From the human T2T-CHM13v2.0 reference genome, Homo sapiens: a DNA stretch of 64,000 nucleotides. Where the stretch lies: the NCBI RefSeq assembly GCF_009914755.1, contig NC_060948.1. One strand, 5' to 3'. A model generated the notes under the pieces. It did no database searches. It was not told the DNA's origin and saw only the letters and a list, made by a program, of their open reading frames with translations. Below, one piece after another: positions 41,401 to 56,400 of the stretch; the stretch's first letter is position 1; each line of letters opens with the position of its first letter. The position numbers and the translations under genes are program-made.

Positions 41401-44400
41401 ACCCAGGTTGGAGCTCAGTGGAACAATCTCATCTCACATTTCATTTCACCATTACATTACATTCCATTGCATTCCACTCAACTCCACTCAACTCCACTCC
41501 ATTCCATCCCATTGAGTTCCACTCCATTCCACTCTACTCAACTCCACTCCACTCCATTTTATTCCATTAAATCAAATTCCTTTCCAATCCATTAAACTCC
41601 ACTCCACTCCACTCCACTCCACTCCACTCCATTCCATTCCATTCCATTCCATTCCATTCCATTCCATTCCATTCCATTCCATCCTATTCTATTGAACTCC
41701 ATTCCACTCCACTCCATTCAATTCCATTCCACTTCATTCCATTTGATTTCTTTCTTTCGAAATTATCCCACTCTGAAACCCAGACTGGAGTGCAGTGGCA
41801 CAATCTCAGCACACATTTCATTTCACAATTCCATTAAATTCCATTAAATTCCATTCCATTCCACTACACTCCACTCTAGTCCACTCCTCTCCACTCCATT
41901 CCACTCCATTCCACATCACTCCAATCCAGTCCATTCCACTCCATTCCACTCCATCCCATTCCATTCCACTCCATTCCTCTCCACTCCATTCCACTCCACT
42001 TCACTCCACTCCACTTCATTCCATTCCACTCCATCCCTTTCCATTCCACTCCATTAAACTCCACTCCACAACACTCCTTCTCCCGCCATTCCATTCCATT
42101 GCACTCCATTCCTTTCCATTCCATTCGATTCCATTCCATTACATTCTATTCAGTTCAATTCCTCTCCATTACATTGCGCTCCACTCCACTCCACTACACT
42201 CCATTCCATTCCATTCCTTTCCACTGCATTCCACTCCTTTCCTTTCCAATACTTTCTTTTGACAGGATCTCACTCTGTCTCGCAGGCTGGTGTGCAGGGG
42301 CACATTCACAGCTCACATTAGATTTCACCATTGCATTCCATTCCATTTCACTCCACTCCATTCCATTCCACTACACACCTCTCCACTCCACTCCACTCTA
42401 TGCTACTCCACTCCATTCCAATCCACTCTATTCCATTTCATTCCACTCCACTCCACTCTATTCCATGCCATTCCTTCCCATTCCATTCCATTCCATTCCA
42501 TTCCATTCCATTCCATTCCATTCCATTCCACTCCATTCCATTCCATTCCATTCCGTTCCATTCCGTTTTGTTCCATTCCATTCCATTCCATTCTATTCCA
42601 TTCCATTCCATTCCATTCCATTCCATTCCATTCCATTCCTTTCCGTTGCATTCTGTTCCATTCCATTCCACTCCAATCCATTCCATTCCACTCCAATCCA
42701 TTCCATTCCACTCCAATCCATTCCATTCCTTTCTTTCGACATGGTCTCAATCAGTCACACAAGCTGGAGTGCAGTGGCACAATATCAGCTCAGATTTCGT
42801 TTCACCATTCCATTCCATTCCATTCCATTCCACTCCACTCCACTCCACTCCACCCCAATCCATTCCTCTCCACCCCACTCCACTCCACTCCACTACATTC
42901 CATTCCATACCAGTCCATTCCATTCCATTCCTTTCTTTCGACAGGTTATCACTCTGTCACGAAGGTTGGAGTATAGTGGCAGAATCTCTTTTCACATTTC
43001 ATTTCAGCATTCCGTTCCATTTCATTTGATTCCACTCTGCTCTATCCCATTCCTTTCTTTTGACAGTATCTCACTCTGTCAACCAGGCTGGACTGCAGTC
43101 GCATAATGTCAAGTCACATTACATTTCACCATTGCATTGCATTCCATTCCAATCCATTCCATTCCATTCCATTCCATGCCATTCCATTCCATGCCATTCC
43201 ATTCCATGCCATTCCATTCCATTCCATGCCATGCCATTCCATTCCATTCCATTCCATTCCATTCCATTCCATTCCATTCCATTCCATTCCACTCCATTCC
43301 ATTCTATTCTATTCCTTTATTTTGAAAGGATCTGACTCTGTCACACAGGCTGGAGGGCAGTGGAAGAATCTCAGCTCACATTTCATTTCACTATTCCATT
43401 CCATTCCATTCCACTCCACTCCACTCCACCCCACTCCACTCCATTCCTCTCCACTCCACTCAACTCCACTCCACTCCACTCCACCCCACTCCACTCCATT
43501 CCTCTCCACTCCACTCAACTCCACTCCACTCCACTCAACTGTACTCCATTCTGTCCCAATCAATTCCATTACACTAACTTCCATTCCATTCCTTTCTTTT
43601 CACATGATCTCACTCTGTCACACAGGGTGGAGTGCAGTGGCACAATCTCAGCTCACATTTCATTTCAACATTCCATTCCATTCCTTTCCATTCCATTCCA
43701 TACTTTTCCATTCCATTCCACTCCACTCCACTTCACTCCACCCAATTCCATTTCATTCCATTCCATTCAAATGCATTCCATTCCATTCCTTTCTTTCGAC
43801 AGTATCTCACTCTCTCACACAGGACTTAGTGTAGTGTCATAATTTCAGCTCACATTTCATTTCACCGTTCTATTCCTTTCCGTTCCATGCCATTCAATTC
43901 CATTCCATTCCACTGCAATCCACTCCTCTCCACTCCTTTCTATCCCATTCAATTCCAGTCCATTCCAATCCACACCACTTCACTCCAATCAATTCCATTC
44001 CATCCCATTCCATTCCACTCCATTCCACTCCACTCCACTCCATTCAATTCCATTTCATTCCATTCCACTACATTCCATTCCATTCTGTCTTTCGACAGGA
44101 TCTCACTTTGTCACATAGGTTGGAGTGCAGTGTCAAAATTTCATCTCATATTTCATTTCACCATTCCATTCCATTCCATTCCATTCCATTCCATTCCATT
44201 CCATTCCATTCCATTCCATGCCATGCCATGCCATTCCACCACACTCCGCTCTACTCCACTCCACTCCATGACATTCCATTCCACTCCATTCCATTCCTTT
44301 CTGTCTACAAGATCTAACTCTCTCACAATGGTTGGAGTTCAGTGGCAGAATCTCAGCTCACATTTCATTTCACCAATCCATTTCATTCCACTCCACTCAA

Positions 44401-47400
44401 TTCCACTCCACTCCAGTCAATTCCATCCCATTTCATTCCACTCCATTCCACTCCACTTCACTGCACTCCACTCCACTCCATTGTATCCTATTCCATTCCA
44501 TTCCACTCCAGTCCAATCCACTCCACTCTACTTCTTTTGATTCCATCCCATTCCATTCCAATCAATCCATTCCACTCCACTCCACTCAATTCCATTCCAT
44601 CCCATTCTATTCCACTACATTCCACTCCACACCACTACACGCCATTCCACTTCTTTCTATTCCATCCCATTCCATTCAACTCCAATCCACTCCACTCCAG
44701 TCCAATCCTGCCTACTCCATTCCATTCCACTTCATCCCATTCCATTCACGCAAATTCATTTCACTCCATTCCACTACACTCCATTCAATTCCATTCTATT
44801 CTATTCCATTCCACTCCACTCCTTTCCATTCTATTCCTTTTTTCGACAGGATCTCACTCTGTCACCCAGGCTGCAGTGCAGTCACACATTCTGAGCTCAC
44901 ATTTCATTTCACAATTCCATGGCATTACAGTCCATTTTATTGCATTCCATTCCATTCCATTCTATTCCATTCCATTCCATTCCACACAATTCCTCTCCAC
45001 TCCACTCTGCTGCATTCCATTCCATTCCATTCCATTCCATTCCATTCCATTCCATTCCATTCCATTCCATTCCACTCTATTCCACTCCATCCTAATCCAC
45101 CCAATTCCTTTCCACTCCATTCCACTCCACTCCAATGCAGTCCATTCCATTACATTCCATGCCATCCAATTCCACTCCATTCCACTCCACTCCACTCCCC
45201 TCAATTCTTTTCCATTCAATTCCACTCCATTCCATTCCTTTCTGTCAACAAGATCTCACTATGTCACACTGGCTGGAGTGCAGTGGCACAATCTCAGCTC
45301 ACATTTCATTTCTCCATTTCACTCCACTCCACTCCACTCAATCCAATTATATTCCACTCCATTCCACTCCACTTCTCTGCACTCCACTCCATTTCATTCC
45401 ACTCCATATCATTCCATTCCCCTCAACTGCACTCCACTCCTGTCCTCTTCTCTCCACTCCATTCCATTCCACTCCATTCCATTCCATTCCTTTTCTTCGA
45501 CAGGATCTCGCTCTGTCACTCAGGCTGGAGTGCAGTGGCACAATCTCAGCTCACATTTCATTTCACCATTCCATTTTATTCCATTGCATTCCATACCATT
45601 CCCTTTAATTCCAGTCAATTCCAATCCACTCCATGCCATTCCATTCCATTACTTTCCAGTTAATTCCACTCCATTCAACTCCACTCCACTCCACTATATT
45701 ACATTATATCCCGTCCAATTCCACTCCACTTCACTCCTCTCCACATTATTCCATTCCATTCCATTCCACTCCATTGCACTCCATTCCTTCCTTTTGACAA
45801 CATCTCACTATGTCACGCAGGCTGGGGTGCAGTGGCACAATCTCAGCTCACATTTCACTTCACTATTCCATTCCATTCCATTCCATTCCATTCCATTCCA
45901 TTCCATTCCATTCCATTCCACTCCACTGCACTGCACATCACTCTACTCCACTCCATTCCATTCCATTCCATTCCATTCCATTCCATTCCATTCCATTCCA
46001 TTCCACTCTTTCCCACTCCATTCCACTCCAGTTCACACCAATCCACTCTTCTGCACTCCATTCCATTCTATTCCATCCCATTCCTTTCCACTGAATTCCA
46101 CTCCACTCCACTCCACTCCATTCAATTCCATTTCATTCCATTCCACTCCATTCCATTCCATTCTGTCTTCAACAGGATCTCACTTTGTCACTTAGGCTGG
46201 AGTGCAGTGTCACAATTTCAGCTCACAATTCATTTCACTTTTCCATTCCATTCCATTCCTTTCAATTACATTCCACACCATTCCACCACCCTCCACTCTA
46301 CTCCATTCCATTCCATTGCATTCCATTCCATTTCGTTCCATTCCATTTCATTCCATTCCATTCCTTTTGTCTACAAGATCTAACTCTGTCACACCGGTTG
46401 GAGTGCAGTGGCAGAATCTCAGCTCACATTTCATTACACCAATCCATTTCATTCTACTCTACTCAATTCCACTCCACTCCAGTCAATTCCATCCCATTGC
46501 ATTCCACTCCATTCCACTATATTTCACTGCACTCCACTCCACTCCATTCCACGCCATACCATTCCATTCCCGTCCACTCCACTCCACTCCACTCAACTAC
46601 GCTCCACTCCATTGCATTCCATTCCATTCCACTCTATTGCATTCCATTCCTTTTCTTCGACAGGATCTCACTCTGTCCCTCAGGCTGAAGTACAGTGGCA
46701 CAATCTCAGCTCAAGATTCATTTCACCATTCCATTGCATTCCGTTGCATTCCATTCCATTCCATTTAATTCCGATCTACTACACTCCACTCCACTGCATG
46801 CCATTCCATTCCATTCCATTCCATTCCATTCCATTCCATTCCATTCCATTCCAGTACATTCCACTCCATTCCACTCCACTCCACTCTGCTATATTCCAGT
46901 CCATCCAGTTCCATTCAACTCCATTCCACTCCTCCACTCTAATCTACTCCACTGTACTCCTCTCCCCTCCATTCCATTCCAATGCATTCCATTCCATTCC
47001 ATTCCATTCCATTCCATTCCATTCCATTCCATTCCATTCCTTTCTTTCAACATCTCACTCTATCACACAGGCTGGAGTGCACTGGCAAAATCTCAGCTAA
47101 CTTTTCATTTCACCATTCCATTCCATTCCATTCCATTCCACTCCATAGCAATCCACTGTACTCCACTCCACTCCGTTCGCTTCCATTCCATTCCACTCCA
47201 TTCTACTCCACTCCCTTCCACTTCATTCCAATCCATCCCGTTCCATTCCACTCCATAAAACACCACTCCGCTCCACTTCATTCCATTCCATTCCACCCGA
47301 TTCCATGCCACTCCATTCCACTCCACTCCACTCCACTCCAATACATTCCAATCCATTTCATTCTATTCTACTCCATTCCATTCCATTCCTTTCTTTCGAC

Positions 47401-50400
47401 AGGATCTCACTCTGTCACACAGGCTCAACTGCACTTTTCCAATCTCAGCTCACATTTCACTTCACCATTCCATTCCATTCCATTCTATTCCATTCCTCTC
47501 CACTGCATTCCAGTCAAATCTATTTCATTCTATTACATTCCATTCCATTCGACTCCATTCCACTCCACTCCACTCCACACTACTCCAATCCACTCTATTC
47601 CATTCCATCCCTTTCAATTCCACTCCACTCCATTCCACTCCACTCCACTCCATTCCTCTCCTTCCCATTTCATTCCACTCCACTCTACTCCACTCCTCTC
47701 CACTCTATCCTATTCCATCCAGTTCCATTCCACTCCATTCCACTCCACTCCTTTTCATTTCATTCCATCCCATCTCATTCCACTCCATTCAACTCCACTC
47801 CACTAAACTGCACTCCACTCCACTCCATTCAATCCCATTCCATTCCACTCTATTCCATTCCATTCCTTTCTGTCAACAAGATCTCAGTCTCTCATACTGG
47901 CTGGAGTGCAGTGGCACCATCTCAGCTCACATTTCATTTCTCTATTCTATTCCATTCCACTCCACTCCACTCCACTCCACTCCACTCCACTCCACTCCAT
48001 TCAAGTGCATTCCACTCCATTCCACTACACTTCACTGCACTCCACTGCACTCCATTCCATTCCACTCCATACAATTCCATTACACTCCACTCCACTCCAC
48101 TCCACTCCTGTCAACTACTCTCCACTCCATTCCATTCCACTCCATTCCATTCCCTTCCTTTTCCTAGACTGGATCTGACTCTTTCACTCAGGCTGGAGTA
48201 CAGTGCACACTCTCAGCTCACATTTCATTTCACCATTCCATTGCATTCCATTCCCTTCCATTCCATTTAGTTCAAATCCATTCCACTCCACTCCACTCCA
48301 TGCCATTCCATTCTATTACATTCCAGTCCATTCCACTCCATTCTGCTCCACTCCACTACGCTATATACCATTACATCCTGTCTCATTCCACTCCATTCCA
48401 CTCTTCACTCTACTCCACTCCACTCCACTCCTCTCTACTCTATTCCATTCCATTCCATTCCATTCCACTCCATTCCACTCCATTCCATTCCATTCCTTCC
48501 ATTCGACAACATCTCACTCTGTCATGCAGGCTGGAGTGCAGTAGCGCCATCTCAGCTAACATTTCGTTTCAACATTCCATTCCATTCCATTCAATTCCAT
48601 TCAATTCCACTCAACTCTACTACATTACCCTCCCCTCCACTCTATTCCATTCCATTCCATTCCATCCCATTTCATTCCACTCTATTCCACGCCACTCTAC
48701 TCCACTCCACTCGATTCCACACTAGACTCCACTCCACTCCATTCCTTTCCATTCCATAACATTCCATTCCACTCCACTTTATTCCACTCCACTCCATTAA
48801 ATTCCATTCCTTCTTTCAACAGGATCTCACTCTGCCATACAGGCTGGAGCGCAGTGGCATAATCTCAGCTCACATTTCATTTTACCATTCCGCTGCATTC
48901 CATGCCATTCCACTCCATTCCACTCCACTTTTCTCTACTCCATTCCATTCCATTCCATTCCATTCCATTCCATTCCACTCCATTCCACTCCACTCCACTC
49001 AAGTCCACTTCACTCCATTCCATTCAATTCCAATGTACTCCACGCCACTCGTCTCCTCTCCATTCCATCCGATTCCATTCCATCCCTTCCATGCCACTCC
49101 ACTCCATTCCGTTCCTTACCATTACATCACATTCCACTCCACTCCACTCGACTCCACTCCACTCCATTACATTCCATTCCATTACGGTCCATTATATTAC
49201 ATTCCTTTCTTTTGACAGGATCTCACTCTGTCATCCAGGCTGGAATGCAGTGGCACAATCTCAGCTTACATTTATTTTAACGGTTCCATTCCTTTCCATT
49301 CCATTCCATTCCATCCCATTCCACTCCACTCCACTCAATTCCACTCCACTCCACTCCAGTCCACTAAACTCCACTCCATTCATTTCCATCCTATTACATT
49401 CCACTGCATTTCACACCACTTCACTCTCCTCCACTCCACTCCAATCCACTCTACTCCATTCCATCCCATTCCATTCCATTCCATTAAACTCCATTCCATT
49501 TAATTCCCTACTTTCTACAGAATCTCACTCTGTGAAACAGGCTTGAATGCAATAGCAAAATCGCATCTCACATATCATTTCACTGTACCATTCCTCATCA
49601 TTCCACTCCACTGTACTCCTCACCAATCCACGCCATTCCGCTCCATTCCATTCCACTCCATTCCATTCCGTTCCTTTCTTTCGACAGGATCTCACTCTGT
49701 TACCCAGGCTGGAGTGCAGTGTCACAATCTCAACTCACATTTCATTACACCATCCCAATCCATTCTATTCTGTTCCATTCCATTCCATTCCATTCCATTC
49801 CATTCCATTCTATTCTATTCCACTACTCTCCACTCCATTCCACTGCATTACATTCCACTCCATTCTATTCCATTTCACTCCACTCCACTCCAATCCAATC
49901 CACTCCATTTCACACCATCCCATTCCACTCCACTCTACTCCAATCCAATCCATTCCATTCTACTCCCTTACATTCCATTCCTTTCTCTCGACAGGATCTC
50001 ACTCCCTCACCCAGGCTGGATTGTAGTTGCACAATCTCACCTCACATTTTATTTCACCACTCTATTCCATTCCATTACATTGCATTCCATTTCATTGCAT
50101 TCCATTAATTGTATTCCATTCCATTCCATTTCATTCAATTCCATTCCACTACACTCCATTCAACTCCAATACACTCCACTCCACTCCATTCCATTCCATT
50201 CCATTCCTTTCCAATCCAGTCCACTCCACTGCACTCCACTCGACTCCACTCCTCTCCACTACTCTCCACTCCATTCCAATCCCCTCCATCCCATTGTTTT
50301 CCACTTCATTCCCCTCCACTGCACTGTAATCCACTCCTGTCCACTCCACTTCATTCCACTCCATTCCTTTCCACTCCTTTGAATTCCATTCCTTTATTTC

Positions 50401-53400
50401 TACAGGATCTCACTCTCTCACCCAGTTTACAGTGCAGTGGAACAATCTCAGCTCCCGTTTCGTTTCACCTTTCCGTTGTATTCCATTCCATTCCATACCA
50501 TTTCATTCTATTCCATTTCATTCCACTCCACTCCATTCCAATAAACTCCATTCCACTACGTTACACTCCATTCACTTCCATTCCAATCCATTCCACTCTA
50601 TTTCATTCTATTCCTTTCTTTTGACAGGATCTCACTTTGCCACATAGGCTGAAGTGCAGTGGCAAAGTCTCACCTCTCATTTCATTTCACCATTCCATTC
50701 CATTCTATTCTATCCACTCCATTCCACTCCACTCCACTCAATTCCATTCCATTCCACTCCACTCCACTTCACTCCAGTCCACTCCATTCAATTACATTCC
50801 ATTTCATTCCACTTCTATCCATTCCATTCCCTTCTTTCAACAGGATCTCACTCTCTCACCCAGCCTGGAGTGCAGTGGCACAATCTCTGCTCACATTTCA
50901 TTTCCCCATTCCATTGCATTCCATTCTATTGCATTCCATTGCATTCCATTACACTCTGCTGCATTCCATTCCATTCCACTCCATTCCACTCCACTCTACT
51001 CCACTATTCTATACTCCATCCCATTCCATCCCATTCAATTGCAATCCACTCCACTCCAGTATACTCTACTGCATTCCCTCCTATCCCATTCTACGCCATT
51101 CGATTCAAATCCACACCACTCCACTCCACTCAACTCCACTCCATTCCATTCCATTCCATTCCATTCCATTCCATTCCATTCCATTCCATTCCATTGCATT
51201 CCATTCCATTCCATTGCATTCCATTCCACTCCACTCCACTCCACTCCACTCCACTCCATTCCATTCCATTCCATTCCATTCCATTCCATTCCATTCCATT
51301 CCATTCCATTCCATTCCATTCCATTCAATTCCATTCCATTTCTTTCTGTCTAGAAAATCTCACTCTCATACTGGCTGTAGTGCAGTGTCGCACTTTCAGC
51401 TCACATTTCATTTCAACATTTCTTTCCACTCCTTTCACCTCCACTCCACTCCATTCCATCCCATTGCATTCCACTCCATTCCACTCCACTTCACTGTACT
51501 CCACTCCACTCCATTCCATTCCACTCCCTACCATTCCATTCCCCTCCAATGCACTCCACTCCAGTCAACTCCTCTCCACTCCACTACAATCCATTCCACT
51601 CTATTACATTCCATTCCTTTTTTTCAAAAGTATCTCACTCTGTCCCTCAGGCTGGAGTGCAGTGACACAATTTCAGCTCACATTTCATTTCACCATTCCA
51701 TTGCATTTCCTTTCATTGCCTTCCATTTAATTGCAATCCACTCCACGCCATTCCATTCCATTCCACTCCATTCCATTTCACTCTATTCCACTCCATTCCA
51801 CTAAACTCCACTCCACTTCATTCCATTATATGCCGTCCCATTTCACTCCATTCCACTCTACTCCACTAAACTCCACTGTACTCCTCTCCAATCCATTCCT
51901 TTCCATTCCCTTCCATTCCGTTTTATTACATTCCATCTGTTTCTTTCAACAGCATCTCACACTCAACCAGGCTGGAGTGCAATGACACAATCTCAGCTCA
52001 CATTTCATTTTACCATTCCATTCCATTCCTTTCCATTCCATTCCATTCTACTCTACTGCACTCCACTCCACTCCACTCCAGTCCATTCCATTCCATTTCA
52101 CACCATTCCACTCCACTGCATTCCACTCCATTTAATTCCATTACATTACATTCCACTCCATTCCATTCCTTTCTTTCGACAGGATCTCACTCTGTCACAA
52201 AGGCTGCACTGCAGTGGCCAATATCAGCTCACATTTCGTTTCACCATTCCATTCCATTCCATTCCATTCCATTCCATTCCACTCCACTCCACTCCAATCT
52301 ACTCCATTCCATTCCATCCAATTCCATGCCACTCCACTCCATTCCACTCCCCTCCACTCCACTCCATTCCACTCCATCCCATTCCATTCCAATCCATTCC
52401 ACTCCAGTCAACTCCACTTCACTCCACTCCATTCCATCCCATTCCATTCCATTCCATTCCATTCCATTCCATCCCATTCCATTCCATCCCATCCCATGCC
52501 ATTCCATCCCATTCCATTCCATTCCATTCCATTCCATTCCACTCACTTCCATTCCATTCCACACCTTCCATTTGATTCCTTTCTTTTGAAAGCATCTCTT
52601 CCTCTCACCCAGGCTGGAGTGTAGTGGCACAATCTGAGCTCACATTACATTTCACCATGCTATTCCATTGCATTCCATTGCACTCCATTCCATGGTATTC
52701 CGTTCCATTGCATTCCGTTGCATTCCATTACATTCTATACCATTCCATTGTATTCCATTGCATTTCTTTGCATTCCATTTCCTTCCATTCCTTTCCACTC
52801 CTTTCCATTCCATTCCATTCCATTCAACTCCACTGCATTACACACCTCTCCACTCCACTCCAATCCATTCCATTCCACTTCCTTACATTCCATTCCTTTC
52901 TTTCGACAGAATCTCACTCCCTCACCCATGCTGGAGTGCAGCGGCACAATCTCACCTCACATTTCATTTCACAGTTCTTTTCCATTACATTTCGTTGCAT
53001 TCCATTAATTATATTCCATTCCATTCCATTTCATTCAATTCCACACCACTACATTCCATTCAACTGCAATAAGTTCCACTCCATTCCATTCCATTCCATT
53101 CCATTCCATTCCATTCCATTCCTTTCTATTCCTTTCCACTCTAGTCCACTCTGCTGCACTCCACATCACTCCGCTGCTCTCCAATACTCTCCACTCCATT
53201 CCAATCCTCTCCATCCCATTGTATTCCACTTCATTCCCCTCCACTCCTCTCTACTCCACTTCTGTCCACTTGACTTCACTCCACTCCATTCCATTCCACT
53301 CCATTGAATTCCATTCCTTTCTTTCACCAGGATCTCATTCTCTCACCCTGTTTGCAGTGCAGTGGAACAATCTCAGCTCGCATTTCATTTCACCTTTCCA

Positions 53401-56400
53401 TTCTATTCCATTCCATTCCATTCCATTCCATTCCATTCCATTCCATTCCATTCCATTCCACTCTTTCCCATTCCTTTCCTTTCTTTTGACAGGATCTCAC
53501 TCCATCAAACAGGCTGGAGTGTAGTGGTACAATCTCACCTCAATTTTCACTCCACCATTCCATTCCATTCCATTCCTTTCCATTCCATTCTACTCAACTT
53601 CAACCAACTCCACTGCATTGAACTCCATTCCACTCCACTTCACTCCACTCCTCTCCACTCCTCTACATTACATCTCATTCTATCCCACTCCATTCCACTC
53701 CACTCCACTCCAATCTACTCAATTCCATTACATCACATTCCATTCCATTCCATTCAATTCCACTCCACTCCAATCCACTCAACTGCAATCCTCTATATTC
53801 CATTCCATAACCTTCCATTACATTCCCTTCTGTTCCATTACATCACATTCCATTCCATTCCATTCTATTCCATTCCACTCCATTCCATTCCATTCCACTC
53901 CTTTCCATTCCTTTCCTTTCTTTTGACAGGATCTCACTCCGTCAAACAGGCTGGAGTGTAGTGGCACAATATCACCTGAAATTTCACTCCACCATTCCAT
54001 TCCTTTCCATTCCATTCCATTCCATTCCATTCCATTCCATTCCATTCCACTCCTTTCCATTGCTTTCCTTTCTTTTGACAGGATCTCACTCCATCTAACA
54101 GGCTGGAGTGTAGTGGTACAATCTCACCTCAAATTTCACTCCACCATTCCATTCCATTCCATTCCTTTCCATTCCATTCCATTCCATTCCATACCATTGC
54201 ATTCCATTCCACTGCATTCCTTTCCATTCTACTCAACTTCAATCAACTCCACTGCATTGCACTCCATTCCACTCCACTTCACTCCACTCCTCTCCACTCC
54301 TCTACATTACATCTCATTCTATCCCACTCCATTCCACTCCACTCCACTCCAATCTACTCAATTCCATTACATCACATTCCATTCCATTCCATTCAATTCC
54401 ACTCCACTCCAATCCACTCAACTGTAATCCTCTATATTCCATTCCATTCCCTTCCATTCCATTCCCTTCTGTTCCATTACATCTCATTCCATTCCATTCC
54501 ATTCTATTCCATTCCACCACATTCCATTCCATTCCACTTCTTTCCATTCCTTTCCTTTCTTTTGACAGGATCTCACTCCGTCAAAAAGGCTGGAGTGTAG
54601 TGGCACAATGTCACCTCAAATTTCACTCCACCTTTCCATTCCATTCCATTCCATTCCATTCCATTCCATTCCATTCCATTCCATGCCACTCCATTCCATT
54701 CCATTCCATCCCAGTCCATTCCACTCCATTCTACACCACTCCACTCCACTCCATTCCATTGCATTCCAACAGAATCTATTCCAGCCCACTCCATTCCATT
54801 CCATTCCCTGCTTTAGATAGGATCTCTCTCTGTGACACAACCTGGAATGCAGTAGCACAATCTCATCTCACATTTCATTTGACCATTCCATTCCACTACA
54901 TTCCACTACACTTCAGTCCACTCCACTCCACACTAATCCACGCCATTCCACTCCATTCAATTCCATTTCAGTCCATTCCACTCCATTCGACACCACTCCA
55001 ATCCACTCAACTCCACTTCATTCAACTTCAGTCCACTCCACTCCAGTCCACTCCACTTCATTACAGTCCATGCCATTCCATTCCACTCCATTCCACTGCA
55101 CTGCCCTTCACTCCACTACACGCCACTCCATTCCATTCCATTCCATCCCAGTTCATTGCACTCCATTCCACACCACACCACTCCACTCCACTTCATTCCA
55201 TTCCAATCCATCCCATTCCATTGCATCCCATTCCATTCCATTCCATCCCAGTGCATTCCCTTCCATTCCATTCCATTTCGTTCCATTCCATTCCTTTCTT
55301 TTGACAGGATCTCACTCTCTCACCTTGGCTGTAGTGAAGAGGCACAAACTCAGCTCACATTACATTTCACCATTGCATTCCATTCCATTTCACTCCTTTC
55401 CATTCCATTCCTTTCTACTCCTTTCCATTCCATTCCTTTCTACTCCATTCCATTCCATTCCACTCCAGTCTACTCCACTCCACTGCACTCCACTCCACTC
55501 CCTTCCACTACATTCCATCTCATTCCACTCCACTATGCTCCACTCCATTCCATGCCATTTCATCCCATTCCATTCCACTCCATTCCACTCCACTCCACTC
55601 CACTCCATTCCATGCCATTCCATTCCACTCCACTTGACTTCACTCCACTCCATTCGATTGCATTCCACTCCACTGCACTCTACTTCACTCCACTCCACTG
55701 CATTCCATACCATTCCATTCCACTCAATTCTACTCCACTCCACTTCATTCCAATCCATCCCATTCCATTATACTCCTTTCCCCACCACTCCACTCCACTC
55801 CACTTCATTCCATTTCATTCTATCCCATTCCATTCCACTTCAATCCACTCCACTGCACTCCATTCCACTCTATTAAATTCCTTTCCTTTCCATTCGACTC
55901 CATTCTATTTCTTTCCTTTCTATCAAAAGGATCTCACTCTGTCACACAGGTTCCACTGCACTGGCCCAGTCTCAGCTCTCATTTCATTTCACCATTCGAT
56001 TCGATTGGATTCCATTCCATTCCATTCCATTCCACTCCACTGCACTCCACTCCACTGCACGCCACTCCACTGCACTCCATTCCATTCCATTTCACTCGAC
56101 TCCATTCCAATCCACTCCACTCCATTACACTCCATTCCATTCCATCCCATTCATCCCATTCAATTTCCCTCTACTCCATTCCACTCCACTCCACTCCAAT
56201 TCACTCCATTCCATTCCATGCCATTCCATTCCACTCCTCTCCATTCCACTCCACTCCACTCTCCTCCTTTCCACTCCATCTCATTCCATTCCACTCCATT
56301 CCACTCCACTCACCTGCACTTCATTCCACTGTACTGCATTCCATTTCATTCCACTCCCTTCCATTTCATTCCACTCCCTTACATTCCATTCCTTTCTTTC

